A stretch of 64,000 bases of DNA from Basidiobolus meristosporus CBS 931.73 (Eukaryota > Fungi > Basidiobolomycota). Position 1 is the stretch's first letter. The number at the start of each line of letters is the position of its first letter. Positions 23,901-37,747 of this stretch are shown piece after piece. The translations under genes were made by a program, and so were the position numbers. The notes below the pieces were generated by a model that saw only the letters and a program-made list of their open reading frames with translations, was not told the DNA's origin and searched no databases. Where the stretch lies: the NCBI GenBank assembly GCA_002104905.1, contig MCFE01000336.1, forward strand, positions 28,259-92,258. The letters run 5' to 3'.

Positions 23901-25584
23901 ACACAAATGTACCCTCAAGTAGGGCAATATCCGGCTCTGCCAGCCTGGGAGCTCTTGCCTGTTCAGCTCAGATGGAACATTTAGTATTGGGCGTGTGAGT
24001 ACCAGGGAGCACATGATACCATGGGGCCCTTTTTAAGTCGAATATGGCCCGGATGTTTATAAATCAATATGTATTTAGGCTTGTGATGATATGGCTTAGC
24101 CCAAACAGAGCTGCATTTTTGGAAATGCAGTTGCATGGTATATCGATGAATTCTTGGGCCATCATTTTCACGGGCAGATTTTCACCTGTGTTATGCGTAT
24201 CATGGCTGACTACCGAAAAGGTGGATGGTAGCCAAGTGAATGTGGGTTAGGTGAAATGTGAGATAATTCCCATCACATGTGTCGCTATTATTGGTCCTTG
24301 AAATAGCTATAGGGCTATTGAAATCCAGTTCTCTTATCTGTTGGTGGGGCTACTCATCTGCATAGAACATGTTGTACAAAAACTCATTAATAATCAAAAA
24401 GATATTGAGGTTCGTGAACTTTCGAATAAACGGGACCAAAGGAGAGGTGATACGCAGAGAAGCCAATTTAGAACTCATAGACTCCAGCAGCCGAATGCCC
24501 CGAGGCTCGTAATTTGGCTGATTTCAGACAACTAAGCATTCTCGAGTTCCATGTTACTTGTATTCTAGTAGGTGCTTGTTGCTCGAGATACCAGGTTTGA
24601 ACACTGAAGCCATCGCAAATATCTAGGTTGCTTCTACATTGTCATGCTGGCGGGTAGTTCCACAATTGACGGAGAAATAGGTCTGTCTGGACCAAAAAAA
24701 GTTGTACAGCTATCACAGAATAGTGCCTGAGTATTCCAACAGTAGGGCTTCCTCTTACGTTGCGATTTTAATGTTTGATGTTGAAGTGAACTATGGCTAG
24801 AGTGTAATCTTGGCAAATAGAGGTGATAGTGTTACCGATGGACGTCAAAACTAATTTAAGCTCTAAATATTTTGGAATTTAAGCGTAAATACTGAAAAGT
24901 GATATTTATATATGGTTCCAATTCCTTTGAAGATCTAGGATATAGTTGGTATTGCGCCATGCTTGTTGATATTCCCCACTTGGTCATTGTCGTGATTTAT
25001 TCAGACTTCTAGTTCATGTTAAATCATGATATCATAGTAGCTAGGAACATCCAGAAAACCATTCACACATTTTAAAATCGATGAAGTATTTAACTTCGCA
25101 TTGTTCATGCCATTTGCTCATCCAGCTCATATCAGCTCTTATACTCTATTCAGCGTCCAACATGTTATGACTTGTCAGAAGTTATCTGCTCAACAGAGAA
25201 CTGGCCTACAGATCCTTTGGAAGTTTTTTGAGAAAGTTGGAATACCCTATATGTCCGGGATAACTGATTGGTATTGGAGAAGTTAAAGTAGGTTGTTTAT
25301 TCACTAGTAAACCTTGGTCAAAGCAATAATAAGATCGTGCACATTGTTTATGGTCTTATAGATTAGTTTTAATGTTTGGGGATTTCCGGGACTATCAAGC
25401 TTATCTATAAGACCACAAGCTAAATACTATGAGAGTATTTCAGATTGCGGTAGTTAGCTTAAGAAAAGTTTATGCAATGTGTTGTAAGATTTGTATTTAC
25501 ACTCAAATATTTGATGGATTTGGTCACTTAGATCACAGCTTATTGGCTTTACTATCTCATGCCCAAATTCTTTGATGGGATGTA

Positions 25585-26000
25585 TTTAAAATATTTCCAC
25601 CAAAATGACAAGTACTCAGAGCCTGAAACCCACACAAAGCTGCTCAAGAGCCTGAAAGCTTGTGCACATGCTCTTGGCACCTTATCAAGTATGATATATG
25701 TCTTTTTCTGTTGCGGATAATCAGGTTACACCTAAACCATTCATACTCCTTAAGATTCTATTGAGTTTATTGCTAAACTATGAGTCACTTACTTGAGATT
25801 TATATGATACTTGAAATTGGTGAGGGCCTTCCAGTTATCAACATTCTCAGACTCATCCAATAGCCTGCAAACTTTGCATGCAGCTTCCTGTGATCTTTTT
25901 TAAGATACCCCTCAGAGTCTTGAAGCATTTTAGTACTGGTACAATAAGTCATTAAGTGAGCACCACCTAATCTACTTGTTTTTCCATCACTTCTAGCAAC
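25585..26000 (+). repeat. Strongly degenerate copia LTR remnants (two partial copies)
   Basis: TATTTCCACCAAAATG...TGCACATGCTCTTGG and GCCTGCAAACTTTGCATG...TCATTAAGTGAGCACCACCTAATCTACTTG resemble the LTR core. Confidence 0.6.
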
Positions 26001-26245
26001 TTCTATACTCCAATATCAGTGCAAATAATTTGAGAGCTAAACAAGTAGGTTGTATCTCTATCATGGCTTAAAAGTGGTTGGGTGAACACTGCTATATGCA
26101 TGAAGAAGATTCACATGCTTTAATCAAGTGTAACATCAGAAGGTGAATGCTAACCTCAAAGAATAAAGAGTTGCATTTGCATAGCTACTGAGATTCCAGT
26201 AGGTAATGTGTATTTTGGACCAATTCAACACTTGACCTTTTATCT

Positions 26246-26584
26246 TTTAGTAAATTTCATAATTACACCTAAAGATTCACCGGACTTAGTTACTTATACC
26301 ATAGTCTGCAAATCTTAGAGAATTCTGGCCAAATTCCTTGTTGGGATTTTCATGGAATGTTTTCACCAATACATCAGGTGCCCAGAATATGAAAATTCTC
26401 CAAACTGCCCCAGACTTAGCGCACATGTTTTTGGGACCTTCCAAAATAAGCTTTACACCTTTTGTTTGCCAAGACTATGTAAAAGTATAAATACCACCTT
26501 TATGTTCAATAAGTCATTAAGTGAAACCCACATAATCTACTTGTTCACCCAATTACTTCCAGCATCTCCAAAGCTCTTACAACA
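26246..26584 (+). repeat. Older near-complete solo copia LTR
   Basis: Colinear with the 349-bp LTR over its length; ends CTCTTACAACA at 26584; no PBS follows. Confidence 0.85.
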
Positions 26585-27397
26585 TACTTGGAGTAAAAAA
26601 CAAAGCAAACTTTTCTAAAAGTAAGAATCTAGAAAAGGCCATCAGAATACTATAATAATATCAGCTGAATTCCAAGTTTCTGAAACTGACAACTCTCAAC
26701 ATCTCATGCATTAGCTGTTGGACAGACAAGCCAGGAGGAAACTAAGTCAACTAGCATTCATACCAAATTTGGCAATTAGCTGCTCACTACCACCAAAAAT
26801 TGTAACTGAAAATTTGAATGAAAACACCAGCTGAAAATCAAATGAATTCCATGCTTGAGATTTTTCATAAGTAGTGGAAGTATATGCTTTGTGCAAATCA
26901 GTATTCTTGCAATTTTCACTAATTCCATATGCAAGGTTGATATTGGCTATGTACAACCTTAACATATGAATTATTTAATAGTTTCCAACATATATAATCA
27001 AAATCTTCAGCCCACTCATAATGTAAATATCATGAGGACTTATATGTATGGCCAATTGTCAGCAACACAAATAGCACACCATATGGCCTTGATTCATGTC
27101 CAACATTGAAATTAAGCAATACTTCTCTTTGGCGGAGTATCATTTGAAGTTGTGATGAGAAGATTTAGTGGATTATTCCTCCGTATCAAAATAACATATT
27201 ATAATGATGGATGTAATGGAGGTGGTGATTGTGCAGGCAGCATGTCTAACATGTTGATGTTACTATGGATATTCAATGCATGAGCGCAACATCCCTATTT
27301 TACTACCCCAAAGAGAATAACATCTAGTTATACTTGTCATTATTCTACATACAAGTAGGCAATTTGGGGTCCGATTGGCTGAATGCACTAGGACCTC

Positions 27398-29134
27398 TTA
27401 TAACGCAGAAGAGTTCGGCATTTTGGATTTTGCCCGGCGACTACCGATGAGACTAGCTTTGAGTGATTCTATTGCGGAGATCTAAAGGAGCATGAGTTTA
27501 GGGAGCAATTTGTAGTATATTATATTCACTGACCTTCTCAGAGTCCATAGATGGTTCATTTGATTTCGTCTGGTTGGCTAACAGCAATTGTCAGTGGCTA
27601 TGCATTAAGAAGGGATAAGGTTTGGCGTACTTGAGTCGACCATGTCAATCCCCTGTATTTTTCGAATGTAACTAGCACCAATGCTGTTTTCGTCCCTGAG
27701 TTTGTCTCTGAAATTGAAGCAAAGAGTAAGCTGCTATTGGCGGAAGATAACTCAAATGCAAGTGGAAACCAACATTAATGCTTGGGTGGTTTTTTGCTTC
27801 TTGGCACTCTTGCTTTCATCCTCCGGTTTTTGACGACTATCCCCTAGGACGAGCATGTTTCCATTGTCCAGAATATAAGATTCATCTCGCGCTCCTGTGA
27901 AAGCCGCATCCGGTCGCTTTCTTTTCTGAGAGGGTTTTGGCACTTCAAAGATGGAGATACTGCGATAAAAGTTTCAGTGACGATGAAGAATGTCCAATCT
28001 ATTGGCGCATACCATACCCAGTAGCGAACTCCATTCGACTCATTCGTTGCTTTCTGTACGACATCAGCAAGTGTGACTCACAGTACTCTCCTAAACGACT
28101 GTGTATTCCAAGCTCAATACCATGGTGGTCTTTGGAAGAGGCAAATACGTACCTATCAATGATGGCATTGCAATTTAAGCCATCTTTCTTGACTGCAACG
28201 CAGAGACCAAAATCGATACACTCTCCAATATTCATGAATTTGTTGGGGTGGTCGACTTGAATGGCAACGCTAGCGTTTCTCTTTGTATAGATGTGAGCAG
28301 AGATGCAATCAAACGGTGTATATGAGGCATGCTTACATCAGTTGGTTTGAGGATTTTTGGATTAAGAATGGCAATCATTGAGCCCAATGGCTCTGCCCAA
28401 AGCTTCTCGTATTGTTTGCCAAACATGATCAAACTGATTGTCGTTTTTAAATCCGATATCTTCACCACATAGTATGGGTCTCCTTTCTTGGTGGTTTTGA
28501 CGGGTCTCTTTTCTCCTATCACACCAATAGTCACCCAATTCCCTGGAATATCATCGCGGACCAGGCTCTTTTGTATGCTTGACAACTTTATCATTTGCCG
28601 CCCTCGCATTCTTTCATTCATGGTCTCAACGGAGACCTTTCTGTTCCTAGATTTTGGTTAAGTATAGGAAGCAAACATGTCCAAGAAACCTCGGAATACC
28701 GTATACGCAAATTGGAGTAAGGCTCATGCTGCTCTGAAGTTGGTTGAGGGGGGCGCCAATTTCCACTCCCTTGAATTTGAAGATTTCAGGTGGTAAGCTT
28801 TGTGAAGGAGTGAGAAGTAGAACAGAGGAATTTTGGGAACCTTGCCCTTCCGAGGTCTCAAACTTGCTATCCTTGACAGTATTTTCCGGCTTGCTCGTGT
28901 GCTTCCGAAGCCTGGCTGTGAATGCCGACACTCTTTTTTTTGCAGTTCCCTGACCTGTTCCTTCGATGGTGTTGATTGTCAAGTCTACAAATTTTCACCG
29001 ACCAATTGAGTTAATGCGTAATCGATTTCCATGGTCACTAGCAAAGATAAGCCTGTTGCCTCTGTCTTACGAAGGCTTGGGTTTGCAATCAGCCTTTTTT
29101 TGGAAACGTTAAACTGACCTTGTGAGGAATTCAT
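27398..29134 (-). CDS. MCM10: DNA replication initiation factor Mcm10; multi-exon (termini approximate)
   Basis: OB-fold segment GNWVTIGVIGEKRPVKTTKKGDPYYVVKISDLK...PLGSMIAILNPKILKP and zinc finger IGECIDFGLCVAVKKDGLNC...GEYCESH; GT-AG introns traced by hand. Confidence 0.88.
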
Positions 29135-30389
29135 TGTTATGAAGCGGTGTTTCCCAAAAGCATCCCCCACTATGTAATGTTATCGGATGGTTATCTCGAT
29201 ACCAATGTTTATTTTTTATTGAAGTCAACAACACTGTATCAAATGAAAAGCATGGAAATTCAGCCAGACTAGTGCGAACATTCTTTGTTAGCTTATTCCG
29301 GAATGCTGGGATCTGCTTGGCTAGGGGCCAAGCTGGAAATAGATCAACACTGACTTTGAATAATTTAATACCAAATATATTCATACACATAGTTAAATGG
29401 TGGCTCGAACAAGCATACATAGAGCAGGGTCCACACATGTGCATACCAAGGACGAGAAGTTCGCGTCTATATCGTTTAGGAAGTTGGCCCTATGTATCTG
29501 TTGGACATAAAGCGGAGACGAAAGCCCATCATGCCTTGCTCTATAGACAAACTCCCAAAGGAGCGAATTTAAGCCTAACCTGAATTCATGATCAACCGTG
29601 TGCACAGTGGCGTGAAAATGAGTGAAAATTCGGAGCGTCACACCAGTGAAACCACGGGGCAAAGGGAAAGTGCTCTGCGCCATTCCAAATACGTCACAGG
29701 TACAAACTCGGATATGATTTCTGCGAAGATTGATGATGGGGAGCTAGGCTATCTAGAGATGGCCAATAGGATTGAGCAAAGAAATAGCATGCAGTTTGCT
29801 GACCCCTGAATGAGTTCATCATGTTCCACGGAATTCATTTACCCTGTCAACAGCCATCAATCTCACTAGCGCTTTCCCTCATTACCACCGAAGTTGCACC
29901 TGTGGAATCTCAGATCATCAAGTGCAGAATGATGTCTTGAATGATGAGCATTCGCCACTGAATTGTCAACCTGGCCGTCAATAACAAGAAGCTGTATGGT
30001 GGATACCACGCCCCAAAACCCATCGATCGAACCAATTGGAGTCGGGGAGTTTTCAATAATCCGTACTTGTCAACTAATTCGCAGATTAAACTTCATTTTT
30101 CCCGAGACTGATACCATATATAGTCTAGGCCATCGAATACACTCCTGTAGTGAGGAGGCTAACCCGTAAGATGCCTTCTAAATGGCAAGCTTTGGGGTGC
30201 CATTCAGGGTCGCCACTGCAGCGCGTACCGCACAGGATCGTATTTGATGTATCAACGGGATTTATTGAACGTTTCGTTTGTACAATGGGTATTTACACAA
30301 GAATTAAGGTAATAACAAATACTGTTCCAATTATGAGGTGTTGATGCTATGAATGGTATAATCCTATATGATGGCTGGTGAGTAAGGCT

Positions 30390-31482
30390 CTAGGGTTCCA
30401 CCGATATTTGTTGTTCGTAGGATGGTGGCGGAGGGAGCAACGAGTTCCCAGGCTGGCAGTATATTGCGTAAGGGGGCAGGCATTCGAACACTTCCTGGTT
30501 GGAAGCGGGCATAACAACGAAAGGAGCTTCTATTGTGTGCACTTCGGTTTGGCTGCCGCGGATGACATCCATGGTTATCCGCAAAACATGGTGAACATTG
30601 ATGAGATCAGTGGCACAGTCATGATGCACGCTAAGGTTCTCGTGGATAGGGACCAGGATGTGCTTCTCAATCACTGGGCCAGCACTTGGGCTGGAGATGT
30701 CGGTGTTTGAAATGAGCTTGATAAGTTTCGTCTCTGTCTTTGAGATGCCGTTGTCCCGATCATGATAGGTGGTTAGTTCTTTTAGGGTGAACCGAATATC
30801 CTTGATTCTTATGTCTTCATTCGATGTTGACCATACTTTCAGCAGAGTTGGAACCATATCGCCCACCCCATAGGCACTCATGGGGATAAATAGTTCGTGC
30901 CCAAGCTGTTCAGACCAGTTTCCGCTGACAACGATAGGTTCGATTTGCTCAAGCGTGTATGGCGAGGAGTATCTTTTGACGATCACCTCCTTCTCCGCAT
31001 ACAGGTCACGTTTAAACAATGGCCTTTCCGCAATGGCTTCCAGCCTGTATTGGATATCGCCGTTCTCGGTATGAACCGTCTCCGGAAGTGCGCCCGAGAA
31101 CGGGTAATCATAATAATACGAATGCTCGCCGGCGGGAATAACATGTGGCTCCGACTGTGGTTCCAAAAGGGTCCAAGTAAAATCAATCAGCTCTTTTTTC
31201 TTGTGCTGGACCAAAATATGATAACCGTCGGCTAAACAACAACGAAGGATCAGTACACGAAGGATGGCGGATCATAAGCGCTACTGTGAGAAACATACAC
31301 TCCGCCCAAGTGGCCTTGGCTTTACCACGTAGTCGAACAGTCAGGCTTTTGAATTTACAAGGTTGATCAAGTTTGAGCAATATGCGGCCTCTCAAAACCG
31401 AGCCAGCTGAGTCATGTGGGGTTCCGTGCAAAACTAGATAATCTTCGGCAAGCCGAATCTCGAAACGAGAGACCTTCACCAT
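30390..31482 (-). CDS. Alpha-arrestin (Rsp5-adaptor type); one intron
   Basis: N-domain FEIRLAEDYLVLHG...VLRGRILLKL...KSLTVRL.GKAK, LPETVH..NGDIQYRL, and C-terminal PY motifs LPPY and PPPSY. Confidence 0.9.
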
Positions 31483-32959
31483 GCTAATGAGAACAAACTA
31501 CAGGTGTGCAAGTTGAAAAGTAGTGAATCACTAAAATGAATGGTTGGAAGAGAAACGGTGAAACAATCGATAAGCATCCTGCTGGTATTTATAACTCACC
31601 CCCTCCCCAATGAAAATGAGGGGTAGCTTTTTTGTTGTCGTTTTCGGATCAGCCATGAAAAATTTTATCGCCGCAAGCGATGGTATTACAAATCTGTCAA
31701 AAGAACTGCTTGAAATTGCTTATCCATTTTGATTCCCCTGGAGGATTATTTCATCGCTACTGGCTCATGATGGCTTTGAAAGATGCCAGCGGTGATGCGC
31801 CAGTTCTTGAGGATGATTGGTCGGTCAGGAGTCATTGAATGAGCGGATTTGGTGTTACCATTTAGGAGGCACGCTGGGGTTGCCTCTCAATTAAAATGCA
31901 TGCTTTGCTCAACCGTTCGGACCGCGTTTGTGGTTTGGATGGTTGTTCGCAGTGCACGTTTTAGTTTGTTGCAATTTGCACACGCCATTTCGGCTCTCCT
32001 GGACCACCTCAGGGTAGTGGGCGGCCTAACCATTCTTCCATTCTGGGTATGCATCTGAAACCGTCACAGGAGGGGAGTTAGGAAATGAAAGCTCATAATT
32101 TCCAATGTTGATGTATGGGCGGTTGATATGAATGGCTATTCATTAATCATTGCCATATTTGGTAATCGAGGAATCACCAAGGCTGGTCCATGAATGTTCT
32201 TCAAATATATACTGTTTCAATAGCTGTGTGTAGAGATACGGGCCTGTTCTCCATATTCTTTTTCATGCTTTCCGTGTTTGTAGTATTGGTATGAATCCAA
32301 GCCAGAGTGGGCTTGCACACAGGCTCAGGTGGCTGGAATCCAATCGCTACCACTGCTATGCTTTATGCGAGGTACAACAGAGCAGAATCCAATATTGTTC
32401 TAAGAATGAACAGCGCTTCTAAAGCCGTCGGTGGGTTGATAAGTTTGCTGGGATCCTATGTATTAATCTCACACTAGATTATCAGTTGACCACTCCTGAT
32501 AGAGCCTTGAAACCCAGCCCAAGTATTTGTCACAGACCATGGCGAACCGTCTGCTTGGAAACTGGCGAATGGTAGCCTCGCATCAGCCCATACCCTGATA
32601 TTTGTTAGCACAACCATGCTGAACATGCCAAGAGGAATACGGGGGGGCGATATCACTTTTGAGCGTGCAGACATTGTCTTCACATAGTTCACAACAAGGA
32701 AGAACTGGGTTGTGAGAGCTTTGCTTCACGTGTGCAATGTGCTAAACTAAAGATACAATGATCATATATAACACTAGAAATACGAATTATCCTAAACTTG
32801 GTGGGAACGTCTAGTATGGTTCTCCACAAATTGAGTAATTACTGCGATAGCTAAACCAGGCAGCGGTCAAAATTGAATTCAACAAATATATGGGCTAAGG
32901 TACAGGGTCAGTGGGGGGGGGGTGGGGGTGGTCTCCATAAACTCATAGCGTGGCTCACT

Positions 32960-34031
32960 TTACGGTGTTGTTGCCATTAGGTTGATATGTTCGTAGGATG
33001 GTGGAAGAGACATACGTCTAGCGTACGGGTTTGTAGGTTGTTCAGATGTATAGACAGGGAGGATTTGATGAAGGTCATGGTTGGACGCACTCATGATTAT
33101 GATGGGGAACTCAACAGAAAAGGATTCCTCGCCCTCGTCCAGGTCAACCTTAAAATGCATCTTCAATTTGTGCTGGATCTTGATCAGCTCCGTACAACAG
33201 CCTATATGGATATTTGATTTGGTGGGAATAGGCAGTTGTAAATTCTTTTCAAGCACCCCATGAAACCGCTCTGCATCTGTCAAGAGCCTCAGCGTTCTCC
33301 GCTCTACTGTGAACAAGCTGGTCTCCGGTTTTCGATAGGTAATCGACTCTATAAGGTGGCAGTCAACCCGGTTGAGGGAGATGCCTTCATCTTTGGGGGA
33401 GTGCTTGATATTTACAGGGATAACATCACCAGGACCGAACGATTTTACTGGAAGAGTAATTTCGTACGGAATGCGTCCATTCCAAACATCGTATATATTG
33501 ATGGGCTCTAGGTGAAAGTCCGAGCGATGGAAAGAGGAGCGGATGATCTGGATCTCTCTACTACACGTTGATTTTTTCCTGGGAAACGGTCTATCCATAA
33601 CCACGTTCAACATGTACTGAACATAGCCGTTTTTGACATGGACCGTTTCGGGAAAGGCACCTTCGAAAGGGAGTTCGAAATTAAACTCATGCTTTCCGGG
33701 TGAAAGCGTATAATGCTTATTCGTCTGAGGTAAGAGTGGTTTATGGATTTTGACAATATTCCGTTTTGCGTGACTAAATTGGGTTTCCCCATTGTAGGCT
33801 TGGAAGGAGCTGTCAGCATAAGAAACACAAGCAACATAAAATGATGTACTTACTGTACTTCCATGAAACCTTGGATTTCCCCGTCAACTTTACGGACAGG
33901 GATTTTATCTTGGTTTCTTCTGATAGATCAACCACAACTTTCCCACCCAGCACCACCTCCTCTGCTTCCGCCGGATGACCTTGTAGAAACACTTGGTCTT
34001 CTGAAAGTAGCACCTCTACTCCGGGTGCCAT
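32960..34031 (-). CDS. Alpha-arrestin paralogue; one intron
   Basis: VEVLLSEDQVFLQG...LGGKVVVDL...KSLSVKLTGKSK, then after the intron PGKHEFNFELPFEGAFPETVHVKNGYVQYML; C-terminal LPVY and LPPSY. Confidence 0.9.
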
Positions 34032-35408
34032 AACAAGGGTGTTGCTCTCGAGGGGAATGAAATAAAAATCTCTTACCTAGCGAGTGGCCTCCTTTTTAAG
34101 TGTTGCCACAAAACGCACATCCCTGTGTGATGCTCATTATATCCATTGATTACAGGTCACGGCTTTCCAATCAAGGAAAAGTACATTGACTGGGGATTAC
34201 CTGCCGAAACCACAACCTTGAGCAATGATACTTAAAGTGGATATCAACGGGTGATTATCCTGAAATGCTCACCAGATCCTGGAGTGCAGATATCAATTAC
34301 TCTCGGACCAATCCGTTGCCTCCAAAATGCTGCACGCAATCCTCACCTTCCTACATGGTGGGCTCATAGAGGGTTGATAATCAGTTGATAAACCTTCCAC
34401 CTGCACCGACAGTTACACAAAGATGATGTTGTAAGCATCGCCGTATTGGGATCTTGCTTGAGCTCACTGGCATCCATATAAAGCATTTGGTTTTATTCAC
34501 ACATTGGATGAGCCAAGCTGGACAACAATTCGACAATATCATCAGTATCGTATCTTATGATGAGTCAAGGCGTGGATAATAAGCTGTTGTGTTCTGGTAG
34601 ATGTATTAGCAGCCATCCTGGGCCCCAAGGGGAAGGTGTCACAAAAATCCTTCAGCTGCTACCAGCGGTAGGTAATCAGGATCTGACCTGATCTGCTCTG
34701 CTACAGCATCCTACTATCTAGTGGTGCTATTGGCTATATACTCTTTGGTCTAGTGCAGTGCCCAAGTCCTTCAGACCGATTCGGCCATATTTGAATATTT
34801 CAGAGATCCAAGTAGCATCAATAAATCAATAATTATGGCGCATCTGGTATCTACCTGTAGACCGAGGTTAGCATGAGTTCGCAGCAAGTTCATCGCAGTG
34901 AATCCCGAATAGATTGAGTGCAGCTTGCTCTTGAGGGCCCATCAACCACCTTTGTCGCCTGAAATCGCCAAAAAAGGCGACATTGGCGCTTGTGCATTGC
35001 TTCCAGCGGCGCCTGGGATTGAGTTGTTTGGCCTGCATAGAGACCACCCCTAAGATTTGTCCTTCGTAAGGTACCTCAATGACCTAAATTCGAGTTCATC
35101 AATGATGCTCCAGACCAACTCATTCATTTAGTGCTACTCACTGCTCTTCAATCCAAACTGCGATCAAGGTGGTGGCGAAAAGAAAGACCAGGCTGTATCC
35201 TACTGTTGGGGATTCCCCAAGGATCAGGTTTCTTTCTCCTCGCAATAAGTAGCTTGGTATATAGGTTATCGCTCTGATCCACAATATAAGGATGGCGTTT
35301 TTGTCAACTTTTGAAGTAATGGCGACAGATCACGTGCCGATGGATGAGGACATATAAATTGTATCCGCAGCCTGGGTATCCATTGATAGTCCTCTTGTAG
35401 CTTGTAGC

Positions 35409-35968
35409 ATGTCAGATTCGTTTAGTGAAGCCAGCTCATCTAGAGCGAAAAACGAAAATGATCGTTTCATCAATTCGGAGCAAACTCAGCAACGGGTAAA
35501 AGACTTTCTACTCGGACAAAATGACGTCTTGATAAGATACTTAACTTTTATTGTGTACATATAACGTATATAGCTGCTAATGGAAGAGCAAGACCAACAT
35601 TTAGACTCAGTACTTAACACTGTGCACAATCTACGTGAAATCGCAGTAACCATGGGTGGTGAATTGGAGGATCATCAAATGTATGGATTTTTCTGAACAG
35701 TCTCCCCTCTAGAATTGTAGATAACCGTTTTTGTAAAGGTTGTTGGAGGATCTTGACAACGAGCTCGACAAAACCGATAGCAAGTTAAAGATGGCGCGGA
35801 AAAGAGTGGACCATTTCTTGGAAAAAAGTTCAGGTATCTCAACCGAGTTCTTCTGAATTTCCTCTCCATGTAACTCATTCTGACAACCCGAACATAGAAT
35901 CAACGTGCTGCATCACCGTGTTAATAATCATCTTATTTATTCTTTTACTCCTAGTACTTCTGATTTAA
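35409..35968 (+). CDS. Qc-SNARE of the Tlg1/syntaxin-6 type (missed by the ORF track because of three introns)
   Basis: Spliced by hand: MSDSFSEASSSRAKNENDRFINSEQTQQR/LLMEEQDQHLDSVLNTVHNLREIAVTMGGELEDHQ/MLLEDLDNELDKTDSKLKMARKRVDHFLEKSS/ESTCCITVLIIILFILLLLVLLI*, a SNARE heptad with central Q and a C-terminal TM anchor. Confidence 0.8.
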
Positions 35969-36564
35969 ATACAACTTTCCATATTAAATATGTATATAAT
36001 AATTTCAGTTGCAGTATCTTTGTATCCGCACAATGCCTCTTGAGCATCTCTTGAATAGGGGTAAAGGGCTTAACGGAACGCATGGTTACACCGCGATATT
36101 TTCGACCCCATGCTAACCTGGTTGTGAATACAACCATCCGAAGATATTACTAATCTTATGAATCAACTCAGACATCGGGAACGGCTCTATTCCATATCAT
36201 TAGGGTGGCCACTATCCGCCTTTTTGTTTAGATAGCTAGTTGATAGTCATTGATGTGCCCGACTTGGAGTAGGCCAGAAATTCTAATATACACGTACAGC
36301 CACTCATATTCAGCAAAGTAAATCTATTTTTTCTAGTGCTTAGTATGGCCAAATTAGCAAAGCAATAGGTTGTGGAGTGATGTATACAAAGTTCAGCTTC
36401 TTTTCTATATTTCTGGTGTTCAATGGGTAAAAAAGATCTTGAGAAGAATTCGTAAAATGCTGGTGTGGTATGAGCTCATAACAAACAAGCAATTGGGAGC
36501 CATAGGTTGAATTTTCTGTAGCTATTCAGATATTTTCAATATGGTCACTATGTTACTGTTTTGC

Positions 36565-36675
36565 CAAGATTTTGTAAAAGCAAAAGTACCAATTTTACAT
36601 TCAAATCAATCATTGAGAGCCTTATATCTTATTATTCTACTAATCACTTCCAATATCTCCAGAACTCTCACAACA
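36565..36675 (+). repeat. 3' fragment of a degenerate copia LTR
   Basis: TGCCAAGATTTTGTAAAAG...AATCACTTCCAATATCTCCAGAACTCTCACAACA. Confidence 0.7.
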
Positions 36676-37747
36676 AATCCCACCATAGGTTAGCATTCCT
36701 CATAGCCTTCGAGGTAGCTGGTAGCTAGACTTCATACCTTGTGTAGAAACAGCGTATGGATTGCATATTCTATTTGGCTTGAATACAAACCCAACTCCTC
36801 GTTTTTTAAAAATTTCAAGTAAAATCCAACATGGATTTCTGCTGGTTTTCAGATGGTGTTCTGATGGTACCCATCATAAATTTCTGATAGGAATAAGGCA
36901 GCCATCAGCTTGACAACTTCCAAATTCCTATTTCTACATGCTTCAACTTTAGCTTATATCATAATACTCATACGCTGCATTACTTCTGTCAATGTGACGA
37001 TTAAATTATCATTCAAATAAGTGAATGATGGTTATTTCCAAAAAACTGAACACCATACACTTAAGCTGCGGACCTAGCAACATACACACCATTCTTAGGT
37101 TACCAGCCGTATTGATGTCCCACCTTTATTGATTACCATCCTAAACTGAGATGAAGCATCGACAGAAACGATGGAAAAGGGCGACAACCCCCTTACAGCC
37201 TGCCTCAATCCAGCGGTTTTATCGATTACACTCAGAACATGCTTCAAGTTTCAAAGGGGAGTATTGTGCACATTGTATAATACTATACATTGTCAATCCA
37301 TTCAGAGAAATGTTCCTACCGTAAATACCAAAGCGACGGTTCTATGTGAAATCATCTGACCTGGGGCATAGAGGATTGTTTAGAAAATGGTTGCGAGGCA
37401 CATCCCACCTACCACCAATGGCTTGATGCAGCAAGGATTCTGATTTAGCAGTGGTGTTGATCGCGGAGAGATTCATGCGACCATAACAACAAAATCGTAG
37501 AAATGATCTAAATCATCTGCCCAGGCCGTTTGATGGTTTGTTGGAGATTACTTCATGTGGCCTGGGGAGTAGGCAGCATTTTCAAACCCGAATAACTTTC
37601 GCTGCTGACAAGACGAAATCTCCGGGAGAGAATATAAATTGGGATTATCCGAGTCTCGGAAAGGGAGTTTGCCGGGTTCACTCACATCCACTCTGTAAAC
37701 CAAAACCTAACTCTAACCCTTAATCCCTAAACATATATACATACATA

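Noticed and set aside
29590-29830. U3 snoRNA or RNase P/MRP-like motifs (GAAACCACG, TGATGA, CTGA, GGAAAGT...GGGGAGCTA)
   Set aside because: No U3 box A (GGATCATTTCTATAG), box order wrong, and the P4-like halves are only about 75 nt apart.
29588-30350. Small + strand gene divergent from MCM10
   Set aside because: Could not assemble an open spliced frame; candidate introns too short or stops in frame.
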